Source: Promethearchaeota archaeon (GTDB taxonomy: Archaea > Asgardarchaeota > Lokiarchaeia > Sigyniarchaeales > SOKP01). From it: a stretch of DNA of 64,000 bases. The DNA lies in contig JBHLNS010000014.1 of the NCBI GenBank assembly GCA_048941285.1, forward strand, positions 1 to 64,000, written 5' to 3'. A model generated the notes under the pieces. The model searched no databases. It saw only the letters and a list, made by a program, of their open reading frames with translations, and was not told where the DNA came from. The position numbers were made by a program, and so were the translations under genes. Below, piece by piece: positions 10,220 to 20,473 of the stretch (position 1 is its first letter; every line of letters begins with the position of its first letter).

Positions 10220-11155
10220 TTAATCCAAATCAACAACTTCAATTTTTTTTAGGTTTTTCCATATAAATTTGCCAAATAGAATTATCGAAAGGATCATAAT
10301 AACTAATAAACTAATTTGATAAATTAGCATAGTCCATGTCACTATCCAAGTGTGTGAAGCATACCATATTGTAGCAGAAGGATTAATTAGGTTGGTTATT
10401 AAGGTTGCAAGACTCGAAACACCATACATTACAAAAAATGTAGTAATAACTAATACTCGTGTTATTCTCTCACCTATGAATGGTTTTGTTTCATGTAAAC
10501 CCAAACCTTCATGTCTTGCTCTCATATACTCATAAATGAAAATAAGGTATATATTTGTCCAAACTATCCATCTAAAATCAACCCCTGGAAAAATCAATAA
10601 ACTGGTAGGAACCAAACAAACTAACATTAGAATATCACTTACTCTATCAATTACATTATCCAGCCAAGCACCCGTTTTTGATTTAATATCTAAGAGCCTC
10701 GCGATTGCACCATCAATTCCGTCCACAATACCAGTAAATAAGACTAGTAATGCTAAAGCAAAGAACCATGATCCATATAAAGGTTGTTGACTAATTAAAT
10801 CAAGTGAATGACCTGCACTAGCCATTATCACTCCCCAAAATATGAGAAATGATAAAATTAAATTTATAACTGATACCATATTTGGACTTAATCCCAATTT
10901 TATGAAAAGTTTTGCCCCACCATACGTTATTGGCATATAAAGTTTTCCCGCAGGATCTTTTTTCATTTGGTTGAATTGTTCTTCCAATTTATGAGCTTGT
11001 CCGTGATCTTTAAGCCAATCTTTTATGAATTCATCACAAGTCATAAATTCTTGTTTCGGTCTTCTCTTGGGTATTCCATAAAGGATAATAATAATTAGAA
11101 GTACAACGAGAATTAGAGGAAACACTAACGTAAATAATAAACTAAAAGTTGACAT
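10220..11155 (-). CDS. CDP-alcohol phosphatidyltransferase
   Basis: Signature DGIDGAIAR...GAWLDNVIDRVSD; SPNMVS; multiple TM segments. Confidence 0.93.
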   Translation of the reverse strand: MSTFSLLFTLVFPLILVVLLIIIILYGIPKRRPKQEFMTCDEFIKDWLKDHGQAHKLEEQFNQMKKDPAGKLYMPITYGGAKLFIKLGLSPNMVSVINLILSFLIFWGVIMASAGHSLDLISQQPLYGSWFFALALLVLFTGIVDGIDGAIARLLDIKSKTGAWLDNVIDRVSDILMLVCLVPTSLLIFPGVDFRWIVWTNIYLIFIYEYMRARHEGLGLHETKPFIGERITRVLVITTFFVMYGVSSLATLITNLINPSATIWYASHTWIVTWTMLIYQISLLVIMILSIILFGKFIWKNLKKIEVVDLD

Positions 11156-11409
11156 CTTGTTCGCCTGAAATATGTATTTATTTTTTTCTTTAAATATTTT
11201 TGAAAATGTAATTTTAATTAGAATTTAAAATATTTTAAATTTATTTAATTTTAGTCCATCCACTTATTTATTTAAAGAGACAAAAATAGGCGATAATTTT
11301 TTGTCTTAATATATATAATTTTGTTTTGAAAATTGGACTCCTAAAAATATATATAAATAGGTATGGTTATAATACTAAAAAATCAATCTAATTAAAAGTG
11401 AATTAATAA

Positions 11410-12216
11410 ATGATAAATTCTAACCTAGAAATGAACTGGATTAAATTTGTTAAGAGCCTTCGAAGTGTAGGAGTCTTATTAATTTTTGTATTCATTCCCT
11501 ATTTAGCATTCGTGATAATTCCTATTCAATTTATTTTAACAATGATCGCAATTAGAGATATTAAAAACATGAATTATGAGTTAAATAACTCATTTCTTAA
11601 TAAGTTCTATTCAAAATACTTAACTGCGAGTATTGTTAAGTTTATTGGCTCAATAATAGTTCATATAGGTGCTGCAATGGTAGCTGCTGTTATAGCATTT
11701 GGTCCTATATTTTATCCTCTTTTCATATTCCCATTTCCGGGTTTGCCTCCTGCAATTACATTATTGGTAATTGGATTTATAATAATGATCATTGGTAGTA
11801 GTGTTGAAGTAGGAGCCTGGGATAATTTAAAGTATTTTATTCAAGATAATAAAGATTTATTTCCAGCCAGAATTCTCAATGATAGCGTGACTAGTGTAGA
11901 AAACCTACGAACTGGAGCTTTTTTATGGGCACTTGGTTTTTTAATAATTCCTATTATAATAGGTTGGATATTTCAATTAGTAGGATATTTTGGATTGAGT
12001 AATGTTGCCAAATGGGGAATGAAAACTGAACCAATTACTCCAGTTACTCATAGTTATCAACCAATTTCTCCTCCAACTCAAGAATTTCAACCAGTTTCCA
12101 CACCTACTCTAGAACCACAACCTGAAGATATTATTAAGTTTTGTCCTATGTGCGGAGCCAAAATAGCTGAAGGAGCAAAGTTTTGTGGAGAATGTGGTGT
12201 AAAATTAGTAGGTTGA
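11410..12216 (+). CDS. Membrane protein with C-terminal zinc ribbon
   Basis: 4-5 TM segments, Pro/Thr linker, FCPMCG...FCGECG. Confidence 0.8.
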   Translation: MINSNLEMNWIKFVKSLRSVGVLLIFVFIPYLAFVIIPIQFILTMIAIRDIKNMNYELNNSFLNKFYSKYLTASIVKFIGSIIVHIGAAMVAAVIAFGPIFYPLFIFPFPGLPPAITLLVIGFIIMIIGSSVEVGAWDNLKYFIQDNKDLFPARILNDSVTSVENLRTGAFLWALGFLIIPIIIGWIFQLVGYFGLSNVAKWGMKTEPITPVTHSYQPISPPTQEFQPVSTPTLEPQPEDIIKFCPMCGAKIAEGAKFCGECGVKLVG

Positions 12217-12256
12217 TAAGACTAACAAATACTTTTTAAAATTATTTTTTAATATT

Positions 12257-13390
12257 TTAAATTGCGTTATATGCTTCCTTAATCGCTGAGCAACCTCCGC
12301 ATTTTACACAACCAGCTTTATTCTTTAAAGGATTAACACCATATTCCTTCATTAGTTTTGCACTACTCTTATAAATTTCTAATAAATCACTATGATTGGT
12401 TAGTGGTAGGTCTTTTTTACCTGGAATAGACCTCACTGGTGTTATATAAGGGATTACACCAACTGAAATAATCTTTTCTACATTTTTTATAAAATCAACC
12501 TTTGATTCCCCAAATCCAGTTAATATATAACTGCTTACTTGATTTTTTCCAAAAATTTCAAGTGCATGCATCCAATTCTTTTCAAAAAGTTCATAGGAAA
12601 TATTGAATTTGCCCGGTGTAATCTCTTGTCTTAATGATTCACCCAAAACTTCAATGTGAATTCCAATAGAGTCAGCTCCTGCTTCTTTCAATTTGTTAAT
12701 ATAACTTAAATCTTCTAAAGCTTCAATTTGGACGTGTATTGGAATTTCAGGATGATCAACTTTAATTCCGTTTAACAACTCAATATACCGATTTGCGCCT
12801 TTATCGATGCTTTCATCTGTTCCACTAGTTAATGTCATATGGGAGCATCTCCCTTCTTTCTTTGCTGCTATGATTACTTCAGACATTTGCTTTGCTGTTT
12901 TTTCTTCAATAGTGGTATCATATTGAAGACTTAATTCAATACCGCAAAACTTACAAGGTTCACCACATGCCCAATAAACACATTTCTGATAAATTGTACT
13001 AGCTAGACAATCAATTCCATGTACTAAAGCTATTTTTTTCATTTCTATTCCTTCTTTTGTTTTCTGGGAGTAAAACTTAGGATTTTCAACAAGTTTTAAA
13101 TTACTAAATCTTCGAGCAGTTCTATTATTGTATACTTCAAAAAAGTCTTTCTTTTTGGCTCCTAAAAGTAAGCTTGTTTTTTCTTTATTATCCCATAAGG
13201 CGACATTTACCAAAGTTTTATTATCATCTAATATAAAATATCTGCCACCAAGTGGTCCAGCCCCGCCTTTTCTTCCAAAATCAATTTCGATTCCTTGCTC
13301 TCTATATTTATTAATCAGTTCTTTATCAAGATACAACCCTTTACACAGTAATTCAGTCTTCTGAACTAATGCCTCTTCTGCATCGATCAT
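12257..13390 (-). CDS. Radical SAM protein, MSMEG_0568-like family
   Basis: KIALVHG..LASTIYQKCVYW....CKFCGIE, GAGP motif, and C-terminal AGCVKCGGCSA, as I recall for this family. Confidence 0.75.
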   Translation of the reverse strand: MIDAEEALVQKTELLCKGLYLDKELINKYREQGIEIDFGRKGGAGPLGGRYFILDDNKTLVNVALWDNKEKTSLLLGAKKKDFFEVYNNRTARRFSNLKLVENPKFYSQKTKEGIEMKKIALVHGIDCLASTIYQKCVYWACGEPCKFCGIELSLQYDTTIEEKTAKQMSEVIIAAKKEGRCSHMTLTSGTDESIDKGANRYIELLNGIKVDHPEIPIHVQIEALEDLSYINKLKEAGADSIGIHIEVLGESLRQEITPGKFNISYELFEKNWMHALEIFGKNQVSSYILTGFGESKVDFIKNVEKIISVGVIPYITPVRSIPGKKDLPLTNHSDLLEIYKSSAKLMKEYGVNPLKNKAGCVKCGGCSAIKEAYNAI

Positions 13391-13591
13391 AATTTTTAAA
13401 AAAACTTTAGTTATTTTTAATTTTGTTTTGAATTGACTTTTGTTGTTTTTTTTCTATAGAATTTAAATGTGGAGCTTATTTAATTTTGTTTCTTATTGAA
13501 AATAAAAAATTAAATAAAAATGTTTAATAACAACCTTATCCAAACTTATTTCACATTAAAAAAAAAAAGAAATTCAAATGGTGATAATTAA

Positions 13592-14005
13592 ATGCCTAAA
13601 TTAGAAAGAAAAGTTGATATTGCTGCGTCTCAAGAAACAATTTGGAAAATTATAGATGATGATGATAATTATCCTAAATGGAATATTGTTGTAAATGAAG
13701 TTAAAAAACTTGGCGAAGGTAATTATTTTTTCAAAACAAATGTTGGAGATATTACTTCCACACGTTTAGAAACTAATCCCCCTAATAGTTTATCTGCAAC
13801 TCAAGAAGGAAGTCCGATGACGAGTTTAGGGTACAATTTAAAACCCAAAGGAGATGCTGTAGAAGCTACAATCTGGGCAGAGTTTGATGAAGCGGGGCAA
13901 GAACCTATTTTGGGAATTGCTGGAGAAATGCTTTTAAAAAGTTTACAAAAATATGCAGAATATCTCGAATCTGGTGGAGATCCGGATAAATTTAATAAAA
14001 AATAA
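13592..14005 (+). CDS. SRPBCC/START-like (polyketide cyclase-like) protein
   Basis: VDIAASQETIWKII.D...YPKWN pattern; C-terminal helix LKSLQKYAE. Confidence 0.8.
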   Translation: MPKLERKVDIAASQETIWKIIDDDDNYPKWNIVVNEVKKLGEGNYFFKTNVGDITSTRLETNPPNSLSATQEGSPMTSLGYNLKPKGDAVEATIWAEFDEAGQEPILGIAGEMLLKSLQKYAEYLESGGDPDKFNKK

Positions 14006-14186
14006 CTATTTTTTAAACAATTTTTTTTTTTAATTTTCTAAAAAATTATAAAAACTCCAATTGTTTCTATTTCACATTCTGCTTCAGTTATGATAAAACT
14101 TATTAGAAATAACAAATTTTAAACATTTACTAATTAATTAATTTTTTATATCGTTATATAGAAAACAGTGAAATAAGTGAATTAAA

Positions 14187-14828
14187 ATGGCTCATAAGCG
14201 TCCCTGGCATTGTTATAGCAAATGGAGTAGAAGGCCTTTTCAATATAAGAGATCAGCAAACCGTAGGCGTGAATATGCTAGAGGTGGTGCTCAGTCAAAA
14301 ATACAGAGATATTGGGGGGGGAATAAAGAAGCTCCTTGGGAAAATTTTGACCTTGTGGTTGGACTCAAGGTAAACAACCAAATTCAAATATCATCAAATG
14401 CTTTGGAAGCGATTAGAATCACTATTAATGGAGCACTTCAAAAGTATCTTGGAAGACAAAACTATCGTCTTCGTATACGGCCAAAACCTTTCCAGAAATA
14501 CAGAGAGAATAGAATGTTAGCCTTTGCAGGGGCTGATCGAGTACAATCAGGGATGAGAAATTCTTTTGGAAGATCTACGGGTGTATGTGCTAGAGTTAAA
14601 GCCGGTCAAATCATTGCTGAAGTGGGGACTAATCTTCGAAATCTGTCGTTAGTAAGAGATAGGATGAGAGTTGCTTCTATGAAAATTTCAAGTGCTTGTC
14701 AAATTGTTGTCTTGAAATATAAAACTCCAGAACTACTGAAAAAATCAGGCTTACCCTTATATGATGATAAAAAAAGAAAAGAGATACCTCTTTACGAATT
14801 AGAGTTAGTTTCTGCTGAGATAGAATAA
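14187..14828 (+). CDS. rpl10e: Large ribosomal subunit protein uL16 (L10e type)
   Basis: RPWHCY, QISSNALEAIR, RENRMLAFAGADRVQSGMRNSFG are archaeal/eukaryotic L10e signatures. Confidence 0.96.
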   Translation: MAHKRPWHCYSKWSRRPFQYKRSANRRREYARGGAQSKIQRYWGGNKEAPWENFDLVVGLKVNNQIQISSNALEAIRITINGALQKYLGRQNYRLRIRPKPFQKYRENRMLAFAGADRVQSGMRNSFGRSTGVCARVKAGQIIAEVGTNLRNLSLVRDRMRVASMKISSACQIVVLKYKTPELLKKSGLPLYDDKKRKEIPLYELELVSAEIE

Positions 14829-14838
14829 CTTTTTGGAT

Positions 14839-15714
14839 TTATACGGTATTACTTTTTTTCTCTATGTTTTGCTTTTTTTTGAATATATTCATTAAGAAGA
14901 CTCCAATAATGATTATTATTATTGATAAGATTATTCCTAAAGAAACTCGAGCTCCTTTTACAATTATTAATTCAAAAAGAACAGGTGCAGAAATATACAA
15001 AGAATTGTACATAGGAACTAATCGTGAAGCATCAGCTCCCTTTGCAAATCCTATCTGAGTAATAATCAAAGCAAAAAAACCCGCGAGGAAACTAAATAGG
15101 AAAATAAAGCTATCAATGTCTAATCTAAAGAGCCCTGCTAAAGCATCAATAAAATTACTTTCCGATAATCCTATTCGTTTTAAAACATTATCTGTTCCAC
15201 CTAATGTTCCTGCAACAGCGCCGAAAATAAAAGCTACTGCAATTTTCTTCTTCCAAGAAAAGCCTATAAGAGTAGAAAATAGTATTACCATTATTATTAT
15301 CAGGATAAAGAAGTTTACATAATTTATTTCAGGTAAAGTTAATTCGGGTTCAATAATAAAAAAAATCCCAACCATAGTCGTTCCAATGATAATTAATATG
15401 GCTCCTATTAGTTCTATGTTCATTATTTCTTCATGTAATATATATCGAGAATATAACATCAATAATATTAATCCCAATCCAAATACGCTAGAAAAAACAG
15501 TAGCAGATGGGTATAAACTAATGCCTATTATCTGCCAGATTATAATGGTATTATTAAGAATAAAACCAATAATGTAAATTAGAGGCTTTTTACCTTTTTC
15601 CTTAAAAGATTTCTTTCTAGAAAAAATTTCAATACCATGTCTTTCCATTGCCTTCGCAAGATGCAAAACTAATGTACTAATTATTCCAAATAACAATCCT
15701 AAAACAACTGACAT
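14839..15714 (-). CDS. DMT superfamily / NIPA-like transporter
   Basis: About 9 TM segments; LHEEI..ELIGAILIIIG and QIGFAKGADASRLVPMY patterns. Confidence 0.7.
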   Translation of the reverse strand: MSVVLGLLFGIISTLVLHLAKAMERHGIEIFSRKKSFKEKGKKPLIYIIGFILNNTIIIWQIIGISLYPSATVFSSVFGLGLILLMLYSRYILHEEIMNIELIGAILIIIGTTMVGIFFIIEPELTLPEINYVNFFILIIIMVILFSTLIGFSWKKKIAVAFIFGAVAGTLGGTDNVLKRIGLSESNFIDALAGLFRLDIDSFIFLFSFLAGFFALIITQIGFAKGADASRLVPMYNSLYISAPVLFELIIVKGARVSLGIILSIIIIIIGVFLMNIFKKKQNIEKKSNTV

Positions 15715-15821
15715 TATAGGAAACCAATAGTTTCTTTTATTTATAGATTATCTGAAATACTTAAATAAATCTAGTTAAATTATAAAATATTATATACTGT
15801 TAATAAAAATATTAAAATCAT

Positions 15822-17183
15822 TTGAATCTAAATTTGAGAAATCTCGAACCATTCTTTAATCCTAAGAGTATCTTAATAGTTGGTGTTTCAAGGAAAGCCT
15901 ATACTTTTAGTTATACAATACTTAAGAATCTATTAGAAATCTTTTATCGTGGAAATGTATATATTCTAAATCCAAATGCTGATGAGATTCTTGGTATCCA
16001 ATCTTATCATTCTTTAGAGGAGTTGCCAGAGATACCTGAACTTGCCGTAATTGTATTAGGTAAGAAGATTGCTGAAATATTTGAAAAATTAGCGAAATTT
16101 GGGGTTAAAAACATCGCTATTGAATCAGAACTAAGAATAGAAATAGAAGATCCTATCCTGATAGCAAATTTGCAAGAAATTAGCGAACAATACGGAGTAT
16201 CATTTATGGGACCTTCAATGTTAGGGATTATTAATTTTAATAATAATTTTACAACTTCAATAATTCCAGTAAGACAATACCTAATGCAAAAACATAAAAA
16301 AATAAAGGAAGGTATTAGTTTTATTGCTCAATCAGGAGGATTAGCTGGAGCAATGGGCTGGTGGGCGCCCTCTCAAGATTTACCAATCTCTAAAGTAATC
16401 CATTTAGGATATGGATTTGATATAAATGATGCAGATGTCTTAGAGTATTTTAGAGAAGATGAAACGACTATGGTTATCTCGCTTTTTTTAAGGGAAATCA
16501 CTGATGACATAATTTCTGCTGTGGAAAAATTAGCACCGACTAAACCAGTTTTATTCTTTTATGTAGGAAAAGATGATGAGAGAGAAAGAAAATTAATTCA
16601 AGTCGGTGGAATTAGTGTTGTAAACTATATCGAGCTTTTTGATATTGCAAAAATATTTTTATGGTGCCCAGAGCCAAAAGGGCCTAATTTAGGGATAATA
16701 GGACCTAGTTCTGGAGCAATTTATTTAATTGTTAAGGAAATGAGAAAACACGAATTATCACTAGCAAAAGTGACTCAAGAACATAGGGAAATTATTCTTG
16801 ATAAAGTTGGAGGATCAACCTGCAAATTAGGAAATCCAGTAGATTATTGGCCACCTGAAAGATTTGTCGGAACTAAAATTTGTGAAATTTATAATACTTC
16901 TTCTAAAACTCTATTAAAGGACAAAGCAGTGGATGGCTTAATATTAGCTTTAGAATTCTTTATTGAAATTGAATTTGATTTTATTATATTTGATAAAATT
17001 AAAAAAACATTTCCAAATAAACCAATTATTACAATATTAATTCAAGCTGAACATGAAGGAGCAAAAAGAGTTGTCAAAGCAGCATCAAATCTTAGGATCC
17101 CTGTTTTTGAAAATGAAATAGAGCGGGCTGTTAGAGGATATAAACTACTTTACGATTGGTATTCAAAAATAAAAAAAAAATAA
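15822..17183 (+). CDS. ADP-forming acyl-CoA synthetase alpha-like CoA-binding protein (phospho-His loop apparently absent)
   Basis: FFNPKSILIVGVS, MGPSMLG, IAQSGG, GNPVD motifs; no SHTG motif. Confidence 0.8.
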   Translation: MNLNLRNLEPFFNPKSILIVGVSRKAYTFSYTILKNLLEIFYRGNVYILNPNADEILGIQSYHSLEELPEIPELAVIVLGKKIAEIFEKLAKFGVKNIAIESELRIEIEDPILIANLQEISEQYGVSFMGPSMLGIINFNNNFTTSIIPVRQYLMQKHKKIKEGISFIAQSGGLAGAMGWWAPSQDLPISKVIHLGYGFDINDADVLEYFREDETTMVISLFLREITDDIISAVEKLAPTKPVLFFYVGKDDERERKLIQVGGISVVNYIELFDIAKIFLWCPEPKGPNLGIIGPSSGAIYLIVKEMRKHELSLAKVTQEHREIILDKVGGSTCKLGNPVDYWPPERFVGTKICEIYNTSSKTLLKDKAVDGLILALEFFIEIEFDFIIFDKIKKTFPNKPIITILIQAEHEGAKRVVKAASNLRIPVFENEIERAVRGYKLLYDWYSKIKKK

Positions 17184-17203
17184 GAAAAAAAAGTTAAATA
17201 TTT

Positions 17204-18508
17204 TTAGAAATAGAAATAGTTATATTTAGTTTTTTTATTTTGATTCTTTTTGACAAATGACTTCTTTCCAAGTACAACTATTACACAAATTAATGATATG
17301 ATTAAAAAAATCAAATAATAATTTCCAAATGGAATGATTTGGTCACTTCCTCGTATATTTTTGAACAAATAAAAACAATTATCTCCTGTGGCTGCTATAT
17401 ATTTACCATTATCAGATATTGCAATCGGGTCGTTATTATTAATCCCATCTCCATCTAATTTATACCTCCAATATGGATTAGAACTATACTTCCTATACAA
17501 ATGAAGATATCCCGTTATTGATTCCATTGCAATAATACTACCATTATAACTAGTTACTACTGACAAAGGCTGATTTCCTACACTCATACCTTTTGTCCAT
17601 AAAGGTGTAGATTTAAAAGAATTAAAGAAATATAGATAACTATGATCTCCTGCAATAATATATTTACCATCTTGAGAAAGATCCAACGAAATAATTTCAT
17701 TTGATGTCGCATAACTCCATATTGGAACATTACTACTTCTATTAAAAAAATAAAGCTCATTACCATTTTCTTGTAATCCTACAGCAATAAAATTCCCATC
17801 TGAAGATATTGAGACTTTGGAAGGGTCTTCGTCTGATGGCTTTGTAAAGGCCCAAATTGGAGTAGAACTTGATCTATGGAATAAATAACAGTGTCCATCA
17901 TTAGCTCCTGAAACTAAATAATTCCCGGCAGAATCCATGTCTACATCTAAATAAAGTTCGCCACCCCCAATATTAAAGCCCCATTGGGGTGTAGAGCTTC
18001 CATTATTTAATAATTCTGTTTCTCCACCCCCCGCAACCATATAAGTTCCATTGGAAGAAATGTCAACTGAATATACCCATGATCCAATATCATTACTCCA
18101 AATTGGAGTTGAACTGGACCGATCAAAATAAAAAACAGAACCATCATGTGCACTGACAATAAAGCTGGAACCATCAGAAGTCATTTCAACGTCAGCCAAG
18201 TAATCACTATGTGTGAAAGTCCATAAAGGTATTTTTGTGGAGGATGGGCTATTATCAAATAGATAAACCTTATTATCTCCCCCTAAAGCAACAATATAAT
18301 TCCCATCAGCCGATATTGTGATTGCAGCTGTATGATCATTACCAATACAGTAAGACCATACCATCGTGGTTTTATAATTCGCTTGAGACATTTTCAAATT
18401 ATCATATATTGGATTTTGAGTGTTTGTTAAGATCAATCCCAGAAATGCAGAGACTGTACTAGAAATTAAAAGAGAACATATTAGTAGAATTTTTAAACGG
18501 ATTTTCAT
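17204..18508 (-). CDS. Secreted beta-propeller (WD40/PQQ-like) protein with C-terminal membrane anchor
   Basis: Signal peptide, repeats of the form VDISSNG.Y.VAG...YLF..SSSTPIW, C-terminal IPFGNYY + TM + basic tail (Loki-CTERM-like). Confidence 0.85.
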   Translation of the reverse strand: MKIRLKILLICSLLISSTVSAFLGLILTNTQNPIYDNLKMSQANYKTTMVWSYCIGNDHTAAITISADGNYIVALGGDNKVYLFDNSPSSTKIPLWTFTHSDYLADVEMTSDGSSFIVSAHDGSVFYFDRSSSTPIWSNDIGSWVYSVDISSNGTYMVAGGGETELLNNGSSTPQWGFNIGGGELYLDVDMDSAGNYLVSGANDGHCYLFHRSSSTPIWAFTKPSDEDPSKVSISSDGNFIAVGLQENGNELYFFNRSSNVPIWSYATSNEIISLDLSQDGKYIIAGDHSYLYFFNSFKSTPLWTKGMSVGNQPLSVVTSYNGSIIAMESITGYLHLYRKYSSNPYWRYKLDGDGINNNDPIAISDNGKYIAATGDNCFYLFKNIRGSDQIIPFGNYYLIFLIISLICVIVVLGKKSFVKKNQNKKTKYNYFYF

Positions 18509-18706
18509 AATTTCTCATCATTTAGAATCTTTTCATTTCTCTATATCTCTTGTATATAAATTAGAACTTAACACAAAATAAAAAAATGCTCTTTTAAAAA
18601 TTATATTTTCAATATTAATTTAGATATAGTTCAAAGGTGTAAAAAAGTTTGCTCGCATACAAATTACTCTAAGTTGGTGAGCCAAAAATAAAAAAGAAAT
18701 AAAAAA

Positions 18707-19960
18707 TTAACTTATAAAAATCTCTTTCAATTCATCTGGTATTTCTGCCGATTCATCCATTAATGAAAGAGCATAGACCTTATCTCCACAATTACACTTT
18801 TTCCCTTCAAATAAATAGAATTTGAGCTGATCTTTCCAATTACATATCTGAACGCTCTTAATTTCAGCAACATCACCACATACACAATAAATTGCCATTT
18901 CTTCTGAATAATTCGGCATTATGATAGAGAAATCATTTGGTGCTTTGCTAAATTCAGAGTTATTCAACATTTCATTAATTTGATCGGCAAATTTATCTTT
19001 AAGCACCGGTTCAAAATAATTTATAATTCCATCACGGCCTTTTATATTTGTAAGAACAATAAAGTTCTTCTCCATCTTCTCAGCAGTCATTTTTTCAGAA
19101 ATTGTAGGTTCTTGGTATTGCTGAAGCTGCTCTGGTACGGGAATTGGTTCCACACCAGAAGGATATTCAAAAGTATAAATGTATTGCATCGTACCTCTTA
19201 TGTTCCTTTGGGATATTAGGTTTAAATTCTGATAATCCTGACTATGGAGAACAAATTTTATTAATTGCAGAGGAACTCTTAATTCAATTAGTCTTGTTCG
19301 AATATTTTCTAATAATTCACCCGCAAAGTTCTTTAATATCATAATATCGCCTCTATAATCAGAATATATTTGATTTTTATATTCATCTTTGAAAGCAAAC
19401 CATTTTTTCACAACACTACTTCTAATTAATTGAGGAGCCATGCAAAACACACATAATACAGGAAGTACAAAATAGGTTAATTCAGGCCAAATAAATGCTA
19501 CTACTACAGGAATAAACATAGGTAACATGAGAAGTAATGACATTTTTCGCAGACGTTTTTCAACTGATGATTTAATACCTTTACTCATAGCAAGCTCTTC
19601 TGCTTTTATCTTTAATTTATTAATAATGTCAAGTATCTCTCTGGATTCAAAGGATTGCTTCAAAAGTAAATCTTCTTCACTTTCCAAGCTGTTTAAATGG
19701 GTTGTCGTTTCTTTTATATATTGATTTAAAGTGCTATCCTTGAAGATGAATTGTAATGTCTCTTCTGAATAAAAATCCAAAAAACGAACAATAAAAAGTT
19801 TTTTCTCAATATCCTTAATATCGGTTTCATTCAAACCAAGAGCTTCTTGAATCATTTGACCCTGTGTTTTTCTAGGTTGTCTTCCCAATTTCTTCCTTTT
19901 TTTCTCTATAGTTTGTGAACTTTCAGAGCTAACTCTTTCATCATTCTCAGTGTTAGTCAT
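18707..19960 (-). CDS. Hypothetical 2-TM protein with Cys-containing C-terminal domain
   Basis: Long ORF, central hydrophobic hairpin, CVCG and CNCG near the C-terminus. Confidence 0.7.
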   Translation of the reverse strand: MTNTENDERVSSESSQTIEKKRKKLGRQPRKTQGQMIQEALGLNETDIKDIEKKLFIVRFLDFYSEETLQFIFKDSTLNQYIKETTTHLNSLESEEDLLLKQSFESREILDIINKLKIKAEELAMSKGIKSSVEKRLRKMSLLLMLPMFIPVVVAFIWPELTYFVLPVLCVFCMAPQLIRSSVVKKWFAFKDEYKNQIYSDYRGDIMILKNFAGELLENIRTRLIELRVPLQLIKFVLHSQDYQNLNLISQRNIRGTMQYIYTFEYPSGVEPIPVPEQLQQYQEPTISEKMTAEKMEKNFIVLTNIKGRDGIINYFEPVLKDKFADQINEMLNNSEFSKAPNDFSIIMPNYSEEMAIYCVCGDVAEIKSVQICNWKDQLKFYLFEGKKCNCGDKVYALSLMDESAEIPDELKEIFIS

Positions 19961-20092
19961 AATTTATAAAAAAATTAATGTTTTAATAGTTAAGCTAAGT
20001 AATTATTAGCGGTAAATTAACTTTTGGAAAAATGAAAAAGAAATTAAAAAGAAAAGTAGTATAATCAAAAAACTATGACTTAATATTTTAAA

Positions 20093-20332
20093 TTAATATG
20101 GAACAGCAACAACTTCTTTAATTTCTGGAACAAATTGTTTTATTGCTCTTTCAATCCCGAATTTAATTGTTTGTTGTGCATGCATACACCCAGCGCAGTG
20201 CCCCATTAGTCGAACCTTTACAGTTCCATCATCCTCAACTGATATAAGCTCTACATCTCCACCATCCATTTGAAGCTGAGGTCTAATTTTTTCGATTACT
20301 TGTTTAACTTTATCTTTATCCATTTGTTTCAC
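20093..20332 (-). CDS. NifU-C/Nfu-type Fe-S carrier protein
   Basis: IRPQLQMDGGDVELI...VRLMGHCAGC..AQQTIKFGIE. Confidence 0.93.
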   Translation of the reverse strand: MKQMDKDKVKQVIEKIRPQLQMDGGDVELISVEDDGTVKVRLMGHCAGCMHAQQTIKFGIERAIKQFVPEIKEVVAVPY

Positions 20333-20473
20333 TTTAAAATATAATATTCTTTAATATAGAAAAGAACAATTACCTTTTAAAAGATTCTTTTTATTTTTTA
20401 TTAATCTTTCGTCCTAATGATTATAATTTCGCAAGAGTTTATCACGCAAAATTAATATCCTAAAAAAAAATTT

